Sequence record: MK327928.1
Length of the DNA stretch: 64,000 bases
Direction: 5' to 3' (one strand)
Origin: Escherichia phage vB_EcoM_G2133
The notes beneath the pieces are model-generated. The model saw only the letters and a list, made by a program, of their open reading frames with translations, was not told the DNA's origin and ran no database searches. Positions within the stretch are counted from its first letter, which is position 1. Each line of letters opens with the position of its first letter. The position numbers and the translations under genes were made by a program. Shown one piece after another: positions 53,960 to 64,000 of the stretch.

Positions 53960-56900
53960 ATGGCCGAGATTAAAAGAAAGTTCAGAGCAGAAGATGGTCT
54001 GGACGCAGGTGGTGATAAAATAATCAACGTAGCTTTAGCTGATCGTGCCGTAGGAACTGACGGCGTTAACGTTGATTACTTAATTCAAGAAAACACAGTT
54101 CAACAATATGATCCAACTCGTGGATATTTAAAAGATTTTGTAATCATTTATGATAACCGCTTTTGGGCTGCTATAAATGATATTCCAAAACCAGCAGGAG
54201 CTTTTAATAGCGTACGATGGAGAGCGTTACGTACTGATGCAAACTGGACAACTGTTTCATCAGGACCTTATCAATTAAAATCGGGCGAATCAATTTCAGT
54301 TGATACTGCAGCGGGTAATGACATTACATTTACTTTGCCATCTTCTCCAATTGATGGTGATACTATCGTTCTCCAAGATATTGGAGGAAAACCTGGAGTT
54401 AACCAGGTTTTAATTACAGCTCCGGTACAAAGCATTGTAAATTTTAGAGGTCAGCAAGTACGTTCAGTACTAATGACTCATCCAAAATCACAGATAGTTT
54501 TAATTTTTAGTAATCGTCTGTGGCAAATGTATGTCGCTGATTATAGTAGAGAAGCTGTAGTTGTAACGCCTGCGAGTCTCTATCAGGCGCAATCAAACGA
54601 TTTTATCGTACGTAGATTTACTTCTGCTTCAGCAATTAATATTAAACTTCCAAGATTTGCCAATCATGGCGATATTATTAATTTCGTTGATTTAGATAAA
54701 CTGAATCCACTTTATCATACAATTGTTACTACATACGATGAAACGACTTCAGTACAAGAAGTTGGAACTCATTCCATTGAAGGTCGTACATCGATTGACG
54801 GTTTCTTGATGTTTGATGATAATGAGAAATTGTGGAGATTGTTTGACGGGGATAGTAAAGCACGTTTACGCATTATAACAACTAATTCTAATATTCGTCC
54901 AAATGAAGAAGTTATGGTATTTGGTGCGAATAACGGAACAGCTCAGACAATTGAACTTCAGCTTCCGACTGATATTTCTGTTGGTGATACTGTTAAAATT
55001 TCCATGAATTACATGAGAAAAGGGCAAACAGTTAAAATCAAAGCTGCCGGTGAAGATAAAATTGCTTCTTCGGTTCAATTGTTGCAATTCCCAAAACGCT
55101 CAGAATATCCGCCTGAAGCTGAATGGGTAACAGTTCAAGAATTAGTTTTTAATGGTGAAACTAATTATGTACCAGTTTTGCAACTTGCTTATATTGAAGA
55201 TTCTGATGGAAAATACTGGGTTGTACAGCAAAATGTTCCAACCGTAGAAAGAGTAGATTCTTTAAATGATTCTACTAGAGCAAGATTAGGCGTAATTGCT
55301 TTAGCTACACAAGCTCAAGCTAATGTCGATTTAGAAAATTCTCCTCAAAAAGAATTAGCAATTACTCCAGAAACGTTAGCTAATCGTACTGCTACAGAAA
55401 CTCGTAGAGGTATTGCAAGAATAGCAACTACTGCTCAAGTGAATCAGAACACCACATTCTCTTTTGCAGATGACCTTATCATTACTCCTAAAAAGCTGAA
55501 TGAAAGAACTGCTACAGAAACTCGTAGAGGTGTCGCAGAAATTGCTACGCAGCAAGAAACTAATACAGGTACTGATGATACTACAATCATTACTCCTAAA
55601 AAGCTTCAAGCTCGTCAAGGTTCTGAATCATTATCTGGTATTGTAACCTTTGTATCTACTGCAGGAGCTACTCCAGCTTCTAGCCGTGAATTAAATGGTA
55701 CGAATGTTTATAATAAAAACACTAATAATTTAGTTGTTTCGCCTAAAGCTCTGGATCAGTATAAAGCTACTCCAACGCAACAAGGTGCAGTAATTTTAGC
55801 AGTTGAAAGTGAAGTAATTGCTGGACAAAGTCAGGAAGGATGGGCAAATGCGGTTGTAACGCCAGAAACGTTACATAAAAAGACATCAACTGATGGAAGA
55901 ATTGGTTTAATTGAAATTGCTACGCAAAGTGAAGTTAATACAGGAACTGACTATACACGTGCAGTCACTCCTAAAACTTTAAATGACCGTAGAGCAACTG
56001 AAAGTTTAAGTGGTATAGCTGAAATTGCGACACAAGTTGAATTCGACGCAGGCGTCGACGATACTCGTATCTCTACACCATTAAAAATTAAAACCAGATT
56101 TAATAGTACTGATCGTACTTCTGTTGTTGCTCTATCTGGATTAGTTGAATCAGGAACTCTCTGGGACCATTATACCCTTAATATTCTTGAAGCAAATGAG
56201 ACACAACGTGGTACACTTCGTGTAGCTACACAGGTTGAAGCTGCTGCAGGAACATTAGATAATGTTTTAATAACTCCTAAAAAGCTTTTAGGTACTAAAT
56301 CTACCGAATCGCAAGAAGGTGTTATTAAAGTTGCAACTCAGTCTGAAACTGTGACTGGAACGTCAGCAAATACTGCTGTATCTCCAAAAAATTTAAAATG
56401 GATTGTGCAGAGTGAACCTACTTGGGCAGCAACTACTGCGATAAGAGGTTTTGTTAAAACTTCATCTGGTTCAATTACATTCGTTGGTAATGATACAGTC
56501 GGTTCTACTCAAGATTTAGAACTGTATGAGAAAAATAGCTATGCGGTATCACCATATGAATTAAACCGTGTATTAGCAAATTATTTACCGTTAAAAGCAA
56601 AAGCTGCTGATACAAATTTATTGGATGGTCTAGATTCATCTCAGTTCATTCGTAGGGACATTGCGCAGACAGTTAATGGTTCACTAACCTTAACCCAACA
56701 AACGAATCTGAGTGCCCCTCTTGTATCATCTAGTACTGCTACGTTTGGTGGTTCAGTTTCGGCAAATAGTACATTAACTATTTCTAATACTGGAACTGCA
56801 ACTCGTCTGATTTTTGAGAAAGGACCTCAAACTGGAACTAACCCAGCACAGACGATGACTATTAGAGTTTGGGGAAATCAGTTTGGCGGCGGTTCAGATA

Positions 56901-57829
56901 CAACACGTTCTACTGTATTTGAAGTTGGTGATGAAACGTCTAATCACTTTTATTCTCAACGTAATAAAGCTGGGAATATAACGTTTAGTATCAATGGTAC
57001 TGTAATGCCAATAAACATTAATGCTTCGGGTTCTTTAAATGCGAATGGCGTAGCAACATTTGGTAGTTCAGTTACAGCCAATGGTGAATTCATCAGCAAG
57101 TCTGCGAATGCTTTTAGAGCAATAAACGGTGATTACGGATTCTTTATTCGTAATGATGGCGGCAGCACATATTTTATGCTTACTGCATCCGGTGATCAGA
57201 CTGGTGGATTTAATGGATTACGTCCATTATCAATTAATAATCAATCCGGTCAAGTCACAATTGGTGAAAGCTTAATCATTGCCAAAGGTGCTACTATAAA
57301 TTCAGGCGGTTTGACTGTTAACTCGAGAATTCGTTCTCAGGGTACTAAAACATCTGATTTATATACCCGCGCACCAACAACTGATACTGTAGGATTCTGG
57401 TCAATTGATATTAACGATTCAGCCACTTATAATCAGTTCCCGGGTTATTTTAAAATGGTTGAAAAAACTAATGAAGTGACTGGACTTCCATACTTAGAAC
57501 GTGGTGAAGAGGTTAAATCTCCTGGTACATTGACTCAGTTTGGTAACACACTTGATTCGCTTTACCAAGATTGGATTACTTATCCAACAACACCAGAAGC
57601 GCGTACCACTCGTTGGACACGCACATGGCAGAAAACCAAAAACTCTTGGTCAAGTTTTGTTCAGGTATTTGACGGAGGTAACCCTCCTCAACCGTCTGAT
57701 ATTGGTGCTTTACCATCTGATAATGCTATAATGGGTAATCTTACTATTCGTGATTTCTTACGAATTGGTAATGTTCGCATTGTTCCTGACCCAGTGAATA
57801 AAACGGTTAAATTTGAATGGGTTGAATAA
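53960..57829 (+). CDS. 34: long tail fibre proximal subunit
   Basis: 1289 aa as in T4 gp34; repeated ..TETRRG.A.IAT.. fibre motifs. Confidence 0.95.
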   Translation: MAEIKRKFRAEDGLDAGGDKIINVALADRAVGTDGVNVDYLIQENTVQQYDPTRGYLKDFVIIYDNRFWAAINDIPKPAGAFNSVRWRALRTDANWTTVSSGPYQLKSGESISVDTAAGNDITFTLPSSPIDGDTIVLQDIGGKPGVNQVLITAPVQSIVNFRGQQVRSVLMTHPKSQIVLIFSNRLWQMYVADYSREAVVVTPASLYQAQSNDFIVRRFTSASAINIKLPRFANHGDIINFVDLDKLNPLYHTIVTTYDETTSVQEVGTHSIEGRTSIDGFLMFDDNEKLWRLFDGDSKARLRIITTNSNIRPNEEVMVFGANNGTAQTIELQLPTDISVGDTVKISMNYMRKGQTVKIKAAGEDKIASSVQLLQFPKRSEYPPEAEWVTVQELVFNGETNYVPVLQLAYIEDSDGKYWVVQQNVPTVERVDSLNDSTRARLGVIALATQAQANVDLENSPQKELAITPETLANRTATETRRGIARIATTAQVNQNTTFSFADDLIITPKKLNERTATETRRGVAEIATQQETNTGTDDTTIITPKKLQARQGSESLSGIVTFVSTAGATPASSRELNGTNVYNKNTNNLVVSPKALDQYKATPTQQGAVILAVESEVIAGQSQEGWANAVVTPETLHKKTSTDGRIGLIEIATQSEVNTGTDYTRAVTPKTLNDRRATESLSGIAEIATQVEFDAGVDDTRISTPLKIKTRFNSTDRTSVVALSGLVESGTLWDHYTLNILEANETQRGTLRVATQVEAAAGTLDNVLITPKKLLGTKSTESQEGVIKVATQSETVTGTSANTAVSPKNLKWIVQSEPTWAATTAIRGFVKTSSGSITFVGNDTVGSTQDLELYEKNSYAVSPYELNRVLANYLPLKAKAADTNLLDGLDSSQFIRRDIAQTVNGSLTLTQQTNLSAPLVSSSTATFGGSVSANSTLTISNTGTATRLIFEKGPQTGTNPAQTMTIRVWGNQFGGGSDTTRSTVFEVGDETSNHFYSQRNKAGNITFSINGTVMPININASGSLNANGVATFGSSVTANGEFISKSANAFRAINGDYGFFIRNDGGSTYFMLTASGDQTGGFNGLRPLSINNQSGQVTIGESLIIAKGATINSGGLTVNSRIRSQGTKTSDLYTRAPTTDTVGFWSIDINDSATYNQFPGYFKMVEKTNEVTGLPYLERGEEVKSPGTLTQFGNTLDSLYQDWITYPTTPEARTTRWTRTWQKTKNSWSSFVQVFDGGNPPQPSDIGALPSDNAIMGNLTIRDFLRIGNVRIVPDPVNKTVKFEWVE

Positions 57830-57837
57830 GAGGTATT

Positions 57838-58953
57838 ATGGAAAAATTTATGGCAGAGTTTGGACAAGGATACGTCCAAACGCCATTTTTATCGGAAAGC
57901 AATTCAGTAAGATATAAAATAAGTATAGCGGGTTCTTGCCCGCTTTCTACAGCAGGACCATACGTTAAATTTCAGGATAATCCTGTAGGAAATCAAACAT
58001 TTAGCGCAGGTCTTCATTTAAGAGTTTTTGATCCTTCTACAGGAGCATTAGTTGATAGTAAGTCATATGCTTTTTCTACTTCAAATGATACTACATCAGC
58101 TGCTTTTGTTAGTTTCATGAATTCTTTGACGAATAATAGAATTGTTGCTATATTAACTAGCGGAAAGGTTAATTTTCCTCCTGAAGTAGTATCTTGGTTA
58201 AGAACCGCCGGAACGTCTGCTTTTCCATCTGACTCTATATTGTCAAGATTTGATGTATCATATGCTGCTTTTTATACTTCTTCTAAAAGAGCTATTGCAT
58301 TAGAGCATGTTAAATTAAGTAATAGAAAAAGCACAGATGATTATCAAACTATTTTAGATGTTGTATTTGACAGTTTAGAAGACGTTGGAGCTACCGGGTT
58401 TCCAAGAAGAACATATGAAAGCGTTGAGCAGTTTATGTCAGCGGTTGGTGGAACTAATAACGAAATTGCACGTCTACCAACTTCATCCGCGATAAGTAAA
58501 CTTTCTGACTACAATTTAATTCCTGGCGATGTTCTTTATCTTAAAGCACAACTATATGCTGATGCCGATTTACTTGCTCTTGGAACTACGAATATATCCA
58601 TTAGATTTTATAATGAATCGGATGGATATATTTCTTCAACACATGCTGAGTTTACTGGTCAAGCTGGGTCATGGGAATTAAAGGAAGACTATGTAGTTGT
58701 TCCTGAAAATGCGGTAGGATTTACGATATATGCACAAAGAACTGCCCAAGCAGGTCAAGGAGGCATGAGAAATTTAAGCTTTTCTGAAGTATCAAGAAAT
58801 GGCGGCATTTCAAAACCTGCTGAATTCGGCGTCAATGGTATTCGTGTTAATTATATCTGTGAATCTGCTTCACCTCCGGATATAATGGTACTTCCTACAC
58901 AAGCATCGTCTAAAACTGGTAAAGTGTTTGGGCAAGAATTTAGAGAAGTTTAA
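57838..58953 (+). CDS. 35: long tail fibre hinge connector
   Basis: 371 aa; synteny after 34. Confidence 0.9.
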   Translation: MEKFMAEFGQGYVQTPFLSESNSVRYKISIAGSCPLSTAGPYVKFQDNPVGNQTFSAGLHLRVFDPSTGALVDSKSYAFSTSNDTTSAAFVSFMNSLTNNRIVAILTSGKVNFPPEVVSWLRTAGTSAFPSDSILSRFDVSYAAFYTSSKRAIALEHVKLSNRKSTDDYQTILDVVFDSLEDVGATGFPRRTYESVEQFMSAVGGTNNEIARLPTSSAISKLSDYNLIPGDVLYLKAQLYADADLLALGTTNISIRFYNESDGYISSTHAEFTGQAGSWELKEDYVVVPENAVGFTIYAQRTAQAGQGGMRNLSFSEVSRNGGISKPAEFGVNGIRVNYICESASPPDIMVLPTQASSKTGKVFGQEFREV

Positions 58954-58958
58954 ATTGA

Positions 58959-58980
58959 GGGAGCCTTCGGGTTCCCTTTT
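58959..58980 (+). terminator. terminator hairpin after gene 35
   Basis: GGGAGCC-ttcg-GGTTCCC (one G-U pair) followed by TTTTTCTTT. Confidence 0.6.
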
Positions 58981-58984
58981 TCTT

Positions 58985-58992
58985 TATAAATA
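58985..58992 (+). promoter_or_regulatory. late promoter box TATAAATA for gene 36
   Basis: exact TATAAATA 23 nt upstream of gene 36 ATG. Confidence 0.6.
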
Positions 58993-59015
58993 CTATTAAA
59001 ATAAAGGGGCATACA

Positions 59016-59672
59016 ATGGCTGATTTAAAAGTAGGTTCAACAACCGGAGGCTCTGTCATTTGGCATCAAGGAAATTTTCCATTGAATCCAGCCGGTGACG
59101 ATGTACTCTATAAATCATTTAAAATATATTCAGAATATAATAAACCACAAGCTGCTGATAACGATTTCGTTTCTAAAGCTAATGGCGGTACTTATTTAAA
59201 TAAAGTAATTTTTAATAAAGGAATGACTGTTCCTGGCGCAGGGTCAGGTGATAATGGTATTTTTGCTGGTCCTGGTGATAGTGCCACGTATGATACTACA
59301 AATATGGATATTGTTTCATGGTATGGTATTGGTTTTAAATCATCACAAGGAACAGCAGGTAGAACTGTAGTAATTAACACACGAAATGGAGATATTAGCT
59401 CAAAGGGCGTAATTGAAGCATCACAAATCCGTGTAACTTCGTTATCACCAGTAAATAATTATGACCTTACGCGGAAAGATTATGTTGATGGAGCAATAAA
59501 TATTGTTACAGCAAACGCAAACTCTAGGGTATTACGCTCTGGAGACACTATGACAGGAAATTTAACTGCGCCAAACCTTTTTTCACAGAATCCTGCATCT
59601 CAACCCTCGCATGTTCCACGATTTGACCAAATTGTTATTAAGGATTCTGTTCAAGATTTCGGCTATTATTAA
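59016..59672 (+). CDS. 36: long tail fibre distal subunit, small
   Basis: 218 aa; synteny and similarity to T4 gp36. Confidence 0.92.
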   Translation: MADLKVGSTTGGSVIWHQGNFPLNPAGDDVLYKSFKIYSEYNKPQAADNDFVSKANGGTYLNKVIFNKGMTVPGAGSGDNGIFAGPGDSATYDTTNMDIVSWYGIGFKSSQGTAGRTVVINTRNGDISSKGVIEASQIRVTSLSPVNNYDLTRKDYVDGAINIVTANANSRVLRSGDTMTGNLTAPNLFSQNPASQPSHVPRFDQIVIKDSVQDFGYY

Positions 59673-59680
59673 GAGGACTT

Positions 59681-62600
59681 ATGGCTACTTTAAAACAAAT
59701 ACAATTTAAAAGAAGCAAAACTGCAGGAGCACGTCCTGCCGCTTCAGTATTAGCCGAAGGTGAATTGGCTATAAACTTAAAAGACCGTGTACTTTTTACT
59801 AAAGATGACCAAGGAAATATTATTGATCTGGGTTTTGCTAAAGGCGGTAGTATTGACGGGAATGTTATTCATACAGGCAATTATAACCAAACTGGCGATT
59901 ATACTTTAAATGGCGTCTTCACTCAGACTGGTAATTTTAATTTAACTGGTATTGCTCGAGTAACTCGCGATATTATTGCCGCTGGGCAGATTATGACTGA
60001 AGGCGGAGAACTTATTACAAAAAGTTCAGGTACAGCGCATGTTCGTTTTTTCGATAACAATAGTCGCGAACGCGGAATCATTTATGCCCCGGCTAATGAT
60101 GGTTTAACTACACAAGTACTTAATATCCGCGTTCAAGACTACGCCGCCGGTGATGAAAGCACCTATGCATTTTCAGGCAGTGGCCTATTTACTTCACCTG
60201 AAGTATCAGCATGGAAATCTATGTCAACTCCTCAGATTTTGACAAATAGAGTTATTACTAATAATAAATCTACGAGCGATTATGATATTTATTCTATGGC
60301 AGACAACGTTCCATTGTCTGAAAGCACTACTGCTATTAATCATCTCCGTGTTATGCGCAATGCTGTAGGCGGTGCTGTATTCCATGAAGTTAAAGATAAT
60401 GATGGAATAACTTGGTATACCGGAGATGGCTTAGACACTTATCTTTGGTCGTTTACCTGGTCCGGCGGATTGAAAGCAGGCCATTCTATTTCTGTTGGTA
60501 CTCCTGGTGGCAATAAAGGATACTCTGAATTAGGGACTGCTTCAATTTCTCTTGGCGATAATGATACCGGGCTAAAATGGCATCAGGATGGATATTATTT
60601 CAGCGTCAATAATGGAACGAAAACATTTTTATTTAGCCCTAGCGAAACAACTAGCCTAAGAAAATTTGTAGCTGGATATTCTACTAATGGAACAGATTTA
60701 ACTACTCCTCCGACTGAAAACTATGCATTAGCCACTGTTGTTACTTACCATGATAATAACGCGTATGGTGACGGTCAAACTCTTTTAGGTTATTATCAGG
60801 GCGGTAATTATCACCACTATTTCCGCGGTAAGGGTACTACAAACATTAATACTCATGGCGGTTTGTTAGTTACTCCTGGTAATATTGACGTTATTGGTGG
60901 TTCTGTTAATATCGATGGTAGAAATAATTCTTCTACACTGATGTTTAGAGGTAACACAACTGGTGCTAGTTCAGTTGATAATATGACAATTTCTGTATGG
61001 GGTAATACGTTTATTAATCCTAGTGTAGGTAATCGTAAAAACGTTATGGAAATTTCTGACGCAACTAGTTGGATGAGCTATATTCAAAGACTTACTACTG
61101 GTGAAGTAGAAATGAACGTTAACGGTTCATTTGAATCATCTGGTGTTACTGCTGGAGATAGGGGAGTTTACACAACAGGCGAAATTTCATCTGGGGCTGT
61201 GAATGCACTTCGCATTTGGAATGCAGATTATGGAGCCATTTTTAGACGTTCAGAAGGAAGTCTTCATATTATTCCAACTGCTTATGGTGAAGGTAAACAT
61301 GGTGATATCGGTCCACTTCGCCCGTTTAGTATGGCTTTAGATACCGGTAAAGTTACTATTCCAGATTTACAATCAAGTTACAATACGTTTGCTGCTAACG
61401 GTTATATTAAATTTGTTGGTCATGGAGCGGGTGCCGGCGGTTATGACATTCAATATGCTCAAGCGGCCCCTATTTTCCAGGAAATTGATGATGATGCTAT
61501 AAGCAAATATTATCCTATTGTTAAACAGAAGTTTTTAAACGGCAAAGCTGTTTGGTCTTTAGGTACTGAAATTAATTCGGGTACATTCGTTATTCATCAT
61601 CTGAAAGAAGATGGTTCACAAGGCCATACGTCTCGTTTTAATCAGGACGGTACTGTTAACTTCCCGGGTAACGTTCAAGTTGGTGGTGGCAGAGCTATTA
61701 TTGCTGAAAATGGTAACATTTTCTCTGATATCTGGGAAACATTTACTTCAGCTGGAGACACTACAAATATTCGTGATGCGATAGCTACTCGTGTTTCTAA
61801 AGAAGGTGACACGATGACTGGTAAATTGACTTTATCTGCTGGAAATGATGCCCTTGTTTTAACTGCAGGCGTGGGTGCTTCATCGCACATCCGTAGCGAT
61901 GTAGGTGGTACAGGTAACTGGTATATAGGCAAAGGCGGCGGCGATAATGGTCTAGGTTTTTACAGTTACATTACACAAGGCGGTGTATACATAACAAATA
62001 ATGGCGAAATATCGCTTTCTCCTCAAGGTCAAGGAACATTTAATTTTAATAGAGACCGCCTTCATATAAACGGTACACAATGGGTTGCGCATAAATCTGG
62101 CGCCTGGGGTGACCAATGGGGTTTAGAAGCTCCTATATTTGTAGATTTTGGATCCGTCAGCAATGACTGCTATTATCCTATTATTAAAGGAAAATCTGGT
62201 ATTACTAACGAAGGATATTTTTCCGGCGTAGATTTTGGTATGCGACGCATTACTAATACCTGGGCGCAAGGTATTATTCGTGTAGGTAACCAGGAAAATG
62301 GCCATGACCCACAGGCTGTCTATGAATTCCATCATAACGGCACTTTTTATTCTCCTAACATGGTTAAAACCGGCGCAAGACTATCAGCTGGTGGTGGTGA
62401 CCCGGTATGGACTGGACCGTGTCTTGTTATTGGTGATAATGACACTGGGTTAGTTCATGGCGGTGACGGCCGAATCAATATGGTTGCCAATGGTATACAT
62501 ATTGCAAACTGGGGAGCAGGCTATCAATCTCATCCTGGGCTTTGGGATACCACTGGTGCTTTGTGGACTGAACAAGGAAGAGCTATTATTTCTTTTGGTC

Positions 62601-62992
62601 ATTTAGTCCAACAGAGCGATGCCTATTCCACATTTGTTCGAGATGTTTATGTCCGTTCTGATATTCGTGTTAAAAAAGACCTTGTTAAATTTGAAAATGC
62701 TTCTGAGAAGCTTTCCAAAATTAACGGTTACACTTATATGCAGAAGCGAGGCCTAGATGAAGAAGGCAATCAGAAATGGGAACCTAACGCCGGTTTAATT
62801 GCTCAAGAAGTTCAAGCTATTTTACCAGAATTAGTTGAAGGTGACCCTGATGGCGAAGCTTTACTTCGTTTGAACTATAACGGTGTAATTGGTTTAAATA
62901 CAGCTGCAATCAATGAGCATACTGCAGAAATTGCAGAACTTAAATCAGAAATCGAAGAACTTAAAGCATTAGTTAAATCATTGTTAAAATAA
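59681..62992 (+). CDS. 37: long tail fibre distal subunit, large, with C-terminal intramolecular-chaperone-like domain
   Basis: 1103 aa; conserved N-terminal gp37 region; C-terminal ~111 aa (SDIRVKKDL...[10 protein letters not shown]...[16 protein letters not shown]...coiled coil) resemble fibre autochaperone domains. Confidence 0.9.
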   Translation: MATLKQIQFKRSKTAGARPAASVLAEGELAINLKDRVLFTKDDQGNIIDLGFAKGGSIDGNVIHTGNYNQTGDYTLNGVFTQTGNFNLTGIARVTRDIIAAGQIMTEGGELITKSSGTAHVRFFDNNSRERGIIYAPANDGLTTQVLNIRVQDYAAGDESTYAFSGSGLFTSPEVSAWKSMSTPQILTNRVITNNKSTSDYDIYSMADNVPLSESTTAINHLRVMRNAVGGAVFHEVKDNDGITWYTGDGLDTYLWSFTWSGGLKAGHSISVGTPGGNKGYSELGTASISLGDNDTGLKWHQDGYYFSVNNGTKTFLFSPSETTSLRKFVAGYSTNGTDLTTPPTENYALATVVTYHDNNAYGDGQTLLGYYQGGNYHHYFRGKGTTNINTHGGLLVTPGNIDVIGGSVNIDGRNNSSTLMFRGNTTGASSVDNMTISVWGNTFINPSVGNRKNVMEISDATSWMSYIQRLTTGEVEMNVNGSFESSGVTAGDRGVYTTGEISSGAVNALRIWNADYGAIFRRSEGSLHIIPTAYGEGKHGDIGPLRPFSMALDTGKVTIPDLQSSYNTFAANGYIKFVGHGAGAGGYDIQYAQAAPIFQEIDDDAISKYYPIVKQKFLNGKAVWSLGTEINSGTFVIHHLKEDGSQGHTSRFNQDGTVNFPGNVQVGGGRAIIAENGNIFSDIWETFTSAGDTTNIRDAIATRVSKEGDTMTGKLTLSAGNDALVLTAGVGASSHIRSDVGGTGNWYIGKGGGDNGLGFYSYITQGGVYITNNGEISLSPQGQGTFNFNRDRLHINGTQWVAHKSGAWGDQWGLEAPIFVDFGSVSNDCYYPIIKGKSGITNEGYFSGVDFGMRRITNTWAQGIIRVGNQENGHDPQAVYEFHHNGTFYSPNMVKTGARLSAGGGDPVWTGPCLVIGDNDTGLVHGGDGRINMVANGIHIANWGAGYQSHPGLWDTTGALWTEQGRAIISFGHLVQQSDAYSTFVRDVYVRSDIRVKKDLVKFENASEKLSKINGYTYMQKRGLDEEGNQKWEPNAGLIAQEVQAILPELVEGDPDGEALLRLNYNGVIGLNTAAINEHTAEIAELKSEIEELKALVKSLLK

Positions 62993-62997
62993 TAAGA

Positions 62998-63011
62998 GGG
63001 GCTTCGGCCCC
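62998..63011 (+). promoter_or_regulatory. stem-loop GGGGCUUCGGCCCC between genes 37 and 38
   Basis: exact 14-mer hairpin 5 nt after gene 37 stop, followed by TTGGAGG and ATG 63024. Confidence 0.55.
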
Positions 63012-63023
63012 TTGGAGGTTTAT

Positions 63024-63797
63024 ATGGCAGTAGCAGGACCGTGGATAGGAACTTCTGCATTGGCACAGACTGGAGACCATTGGATGGCAGGAGCAGCCGC
63101 AAGATTAAGAATGGGCGTTCCGTTTTGGATGAGTAATATGATAGGTCGATCTGTTGAAGTAATTCACACGCTTGGAGCAGACCACAACTTCAATGGTCAA
63201 TGGTTCCGAGATAGATGTTTTGAGGCAGGTAGTGCACCTATAGTGTTTAATATCACTGGAGATTTAGTATCATATTCTAAAGATGTTCCTTTATTCTTCA
63301 TGTACGGAGATACACCGAATGAATATGTTCAGTTGAATATACACGGCGTAACGATGTATGGACGTGGTGGTAATGGCGGTAGCAATAGTCCTGGCTCAGC
63401 TGGAGGTCATTGTATTCAAAACGATATTGGTGGTAGACTAAGAATTAATAATGGTGGAGCTATTGCAGGCGGCGGTGGCGGCGGTGGCGGCGGTAACAGG
63501 GGTAGACTAGTATTTGGTGGCGGCGGTGGTCGTCCATTTGGTGCTGGTGGGTCTTCCTCTCATATGAGTGCTGGTGCAACCGCTGGCACCATTTACGCTC
63601 CGGGTGCAGGATCTGTCGGTGAGGGGTCTCTTAGTGCATATACAGGCGGGTCTGGTGGTGAAGTTGGCTCCGCAGGAGGTAGATGTAATACTCACGGTGC
63701 CGGTACAGAATATAACGGCGGAGCTGCTGGTTATGCTGTTATAGGGTCTGCTCCAACGTGGATAAATGTTGGAGCAATATATGGTCCAAGAGTATAA
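63024..63797 (+). CDS. 38: tail fibre tip adhesin (T2-type gp38) with glycine-rich motifs
   Basis: track ORF begins at TTG 63012; ATG 63024 with GGAGG gives 257 aa; Gly-rich segments [56 protein letters not shown]. Confidence 0.85.
   Translation: MAVAGPWIGTSALAQTGDHWMAGAAARLRMGVPFWMSNMIGRSVEVIHTLGADHNFNGQWFRDRCFEAGSAPIVFNITGDLVSYSKDVPLFFMYGDTPNEYVQLNIHGVTMYGRGGNGGSNSPGSAGGHCIQNDIGGRLRINNGGAIAGGGGGGGGGNRGRLVFGGGGGRPFGAGGSSSHMSAGATAGTIYAPGAGSVGEGSLSAYTGGSGGEVGSAGGRCNTHGAGTEYNGGAAGYAVIGSAPTWINVGAIYGPRV
63468..63494 (+). repeat. (GGY)9 trinucleotide tract encoding Gly9 in gene 38
   Basis: GGCGGCGGTGGCGGCGGTGGCGGCGGT-like run; coordinates derived from residue positions 153-161. Confidence 0.7.
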
Positions 63798-63827
63798 TTT
63801 GAATAAATATCCTTAAAAGGAGGGTCT

Positions 63828-64000
63828 ATGGCAGCACCTAGAATATCATTTTCGCCCTCTGATATTCTGTTTGGTGTTCTAGATCGCTTGTTCAAAGATA
63901 ACGCTACCGGGAAAGTTCTTGCTTCCCGGGTAGCTGTCGTAATTCTTTTATTTATGATGGCGATTGTTTGGTATAGGGGAGATAGTTTCTTTGAGTACTA
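63828..64000 (+). CDS. t: holin (N-terminal part, 3' end outside window)
   Basis: MAAPRISFSPSDILFGVLDRLFKDNATGKVLASRVAVVILLFMMAIVWYRGDSFFEY matches T4 holin T N-terminus with its TM segment; SD AGGAGGG. Confidence 0.88.
   Translation, partial: MAAPRISFSPSDILFGVLDRLFKDNATGKVLASRVAVVILLFMMAIVWYRGDSFFEY

Noticed and set aside
53830-54027. 65-aa minus-strand ORF spanning the rnh/34 divergent region
   Set aside because: Overlaps the gene 34 start and late promoter; no coding-like composition.

Overview
This window is a contiguous ~64 kb stretch of a T4-like (Tequatrovirus-type) myovirus genome. Calls rest on reading the six-frame translations against remembered T4 protein sequences, lengths and gene order; no database search was run. 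Plus strand: 3' end of terminase gene 17, tail sheath 18, an inserted HNH endonuclease ORF, tail tube 19, portal 20, prohead core/protease/scaffold 67-68-21-22, major capsid 23, vertex 24. Then rnlB, two small ORFs, hoc and inh on minus; a GIY-YIG seg-type endonuclease and uvsW on plus; uvsY and baseplate 25/26 on minus; baseplate hub 51-27-28-29-48-54 on plus. A long minus-strand block follows: two tandem alt ADP-ribosyltransferase genes, DNA ligase 30, nine small ORFs, rIII, 31, cd, pseT, a spanin pair, alc, rnlA, denA, nrdB, nrdA, td (split by a 1016-nt group I intron carrying I-TevI), frd, 32, 59, 33, dsbA, rnh. The window ends with long tail fibre genes 34-35-36-37-38 and the start of holin t on plus. 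No tRNA, rRNA or CRISPR array was seen. Apparent departures from T4 as I recall it: the HNH gene between 18 and 19; a second full-length alt paralog; Hoc with a duplicated Ig-like domain; uninterrupted nrdB; no endonuclease genes at the 23/24, nrdA/nrdB and 32/59 junctions; a T2-type gp37 plus glycine-rich gp38 adhesin. I could not establish a clearly novel multi-gene system from sequence alone; the best candidates are in findings. Coordinates of short motifs (promoter boxes, hairpins) are hand-counted and may be off by 1-2 nt; several ORF-track starts are non-ATG and were moved to the first in-frame ATG with a Shine-Dalgarno.
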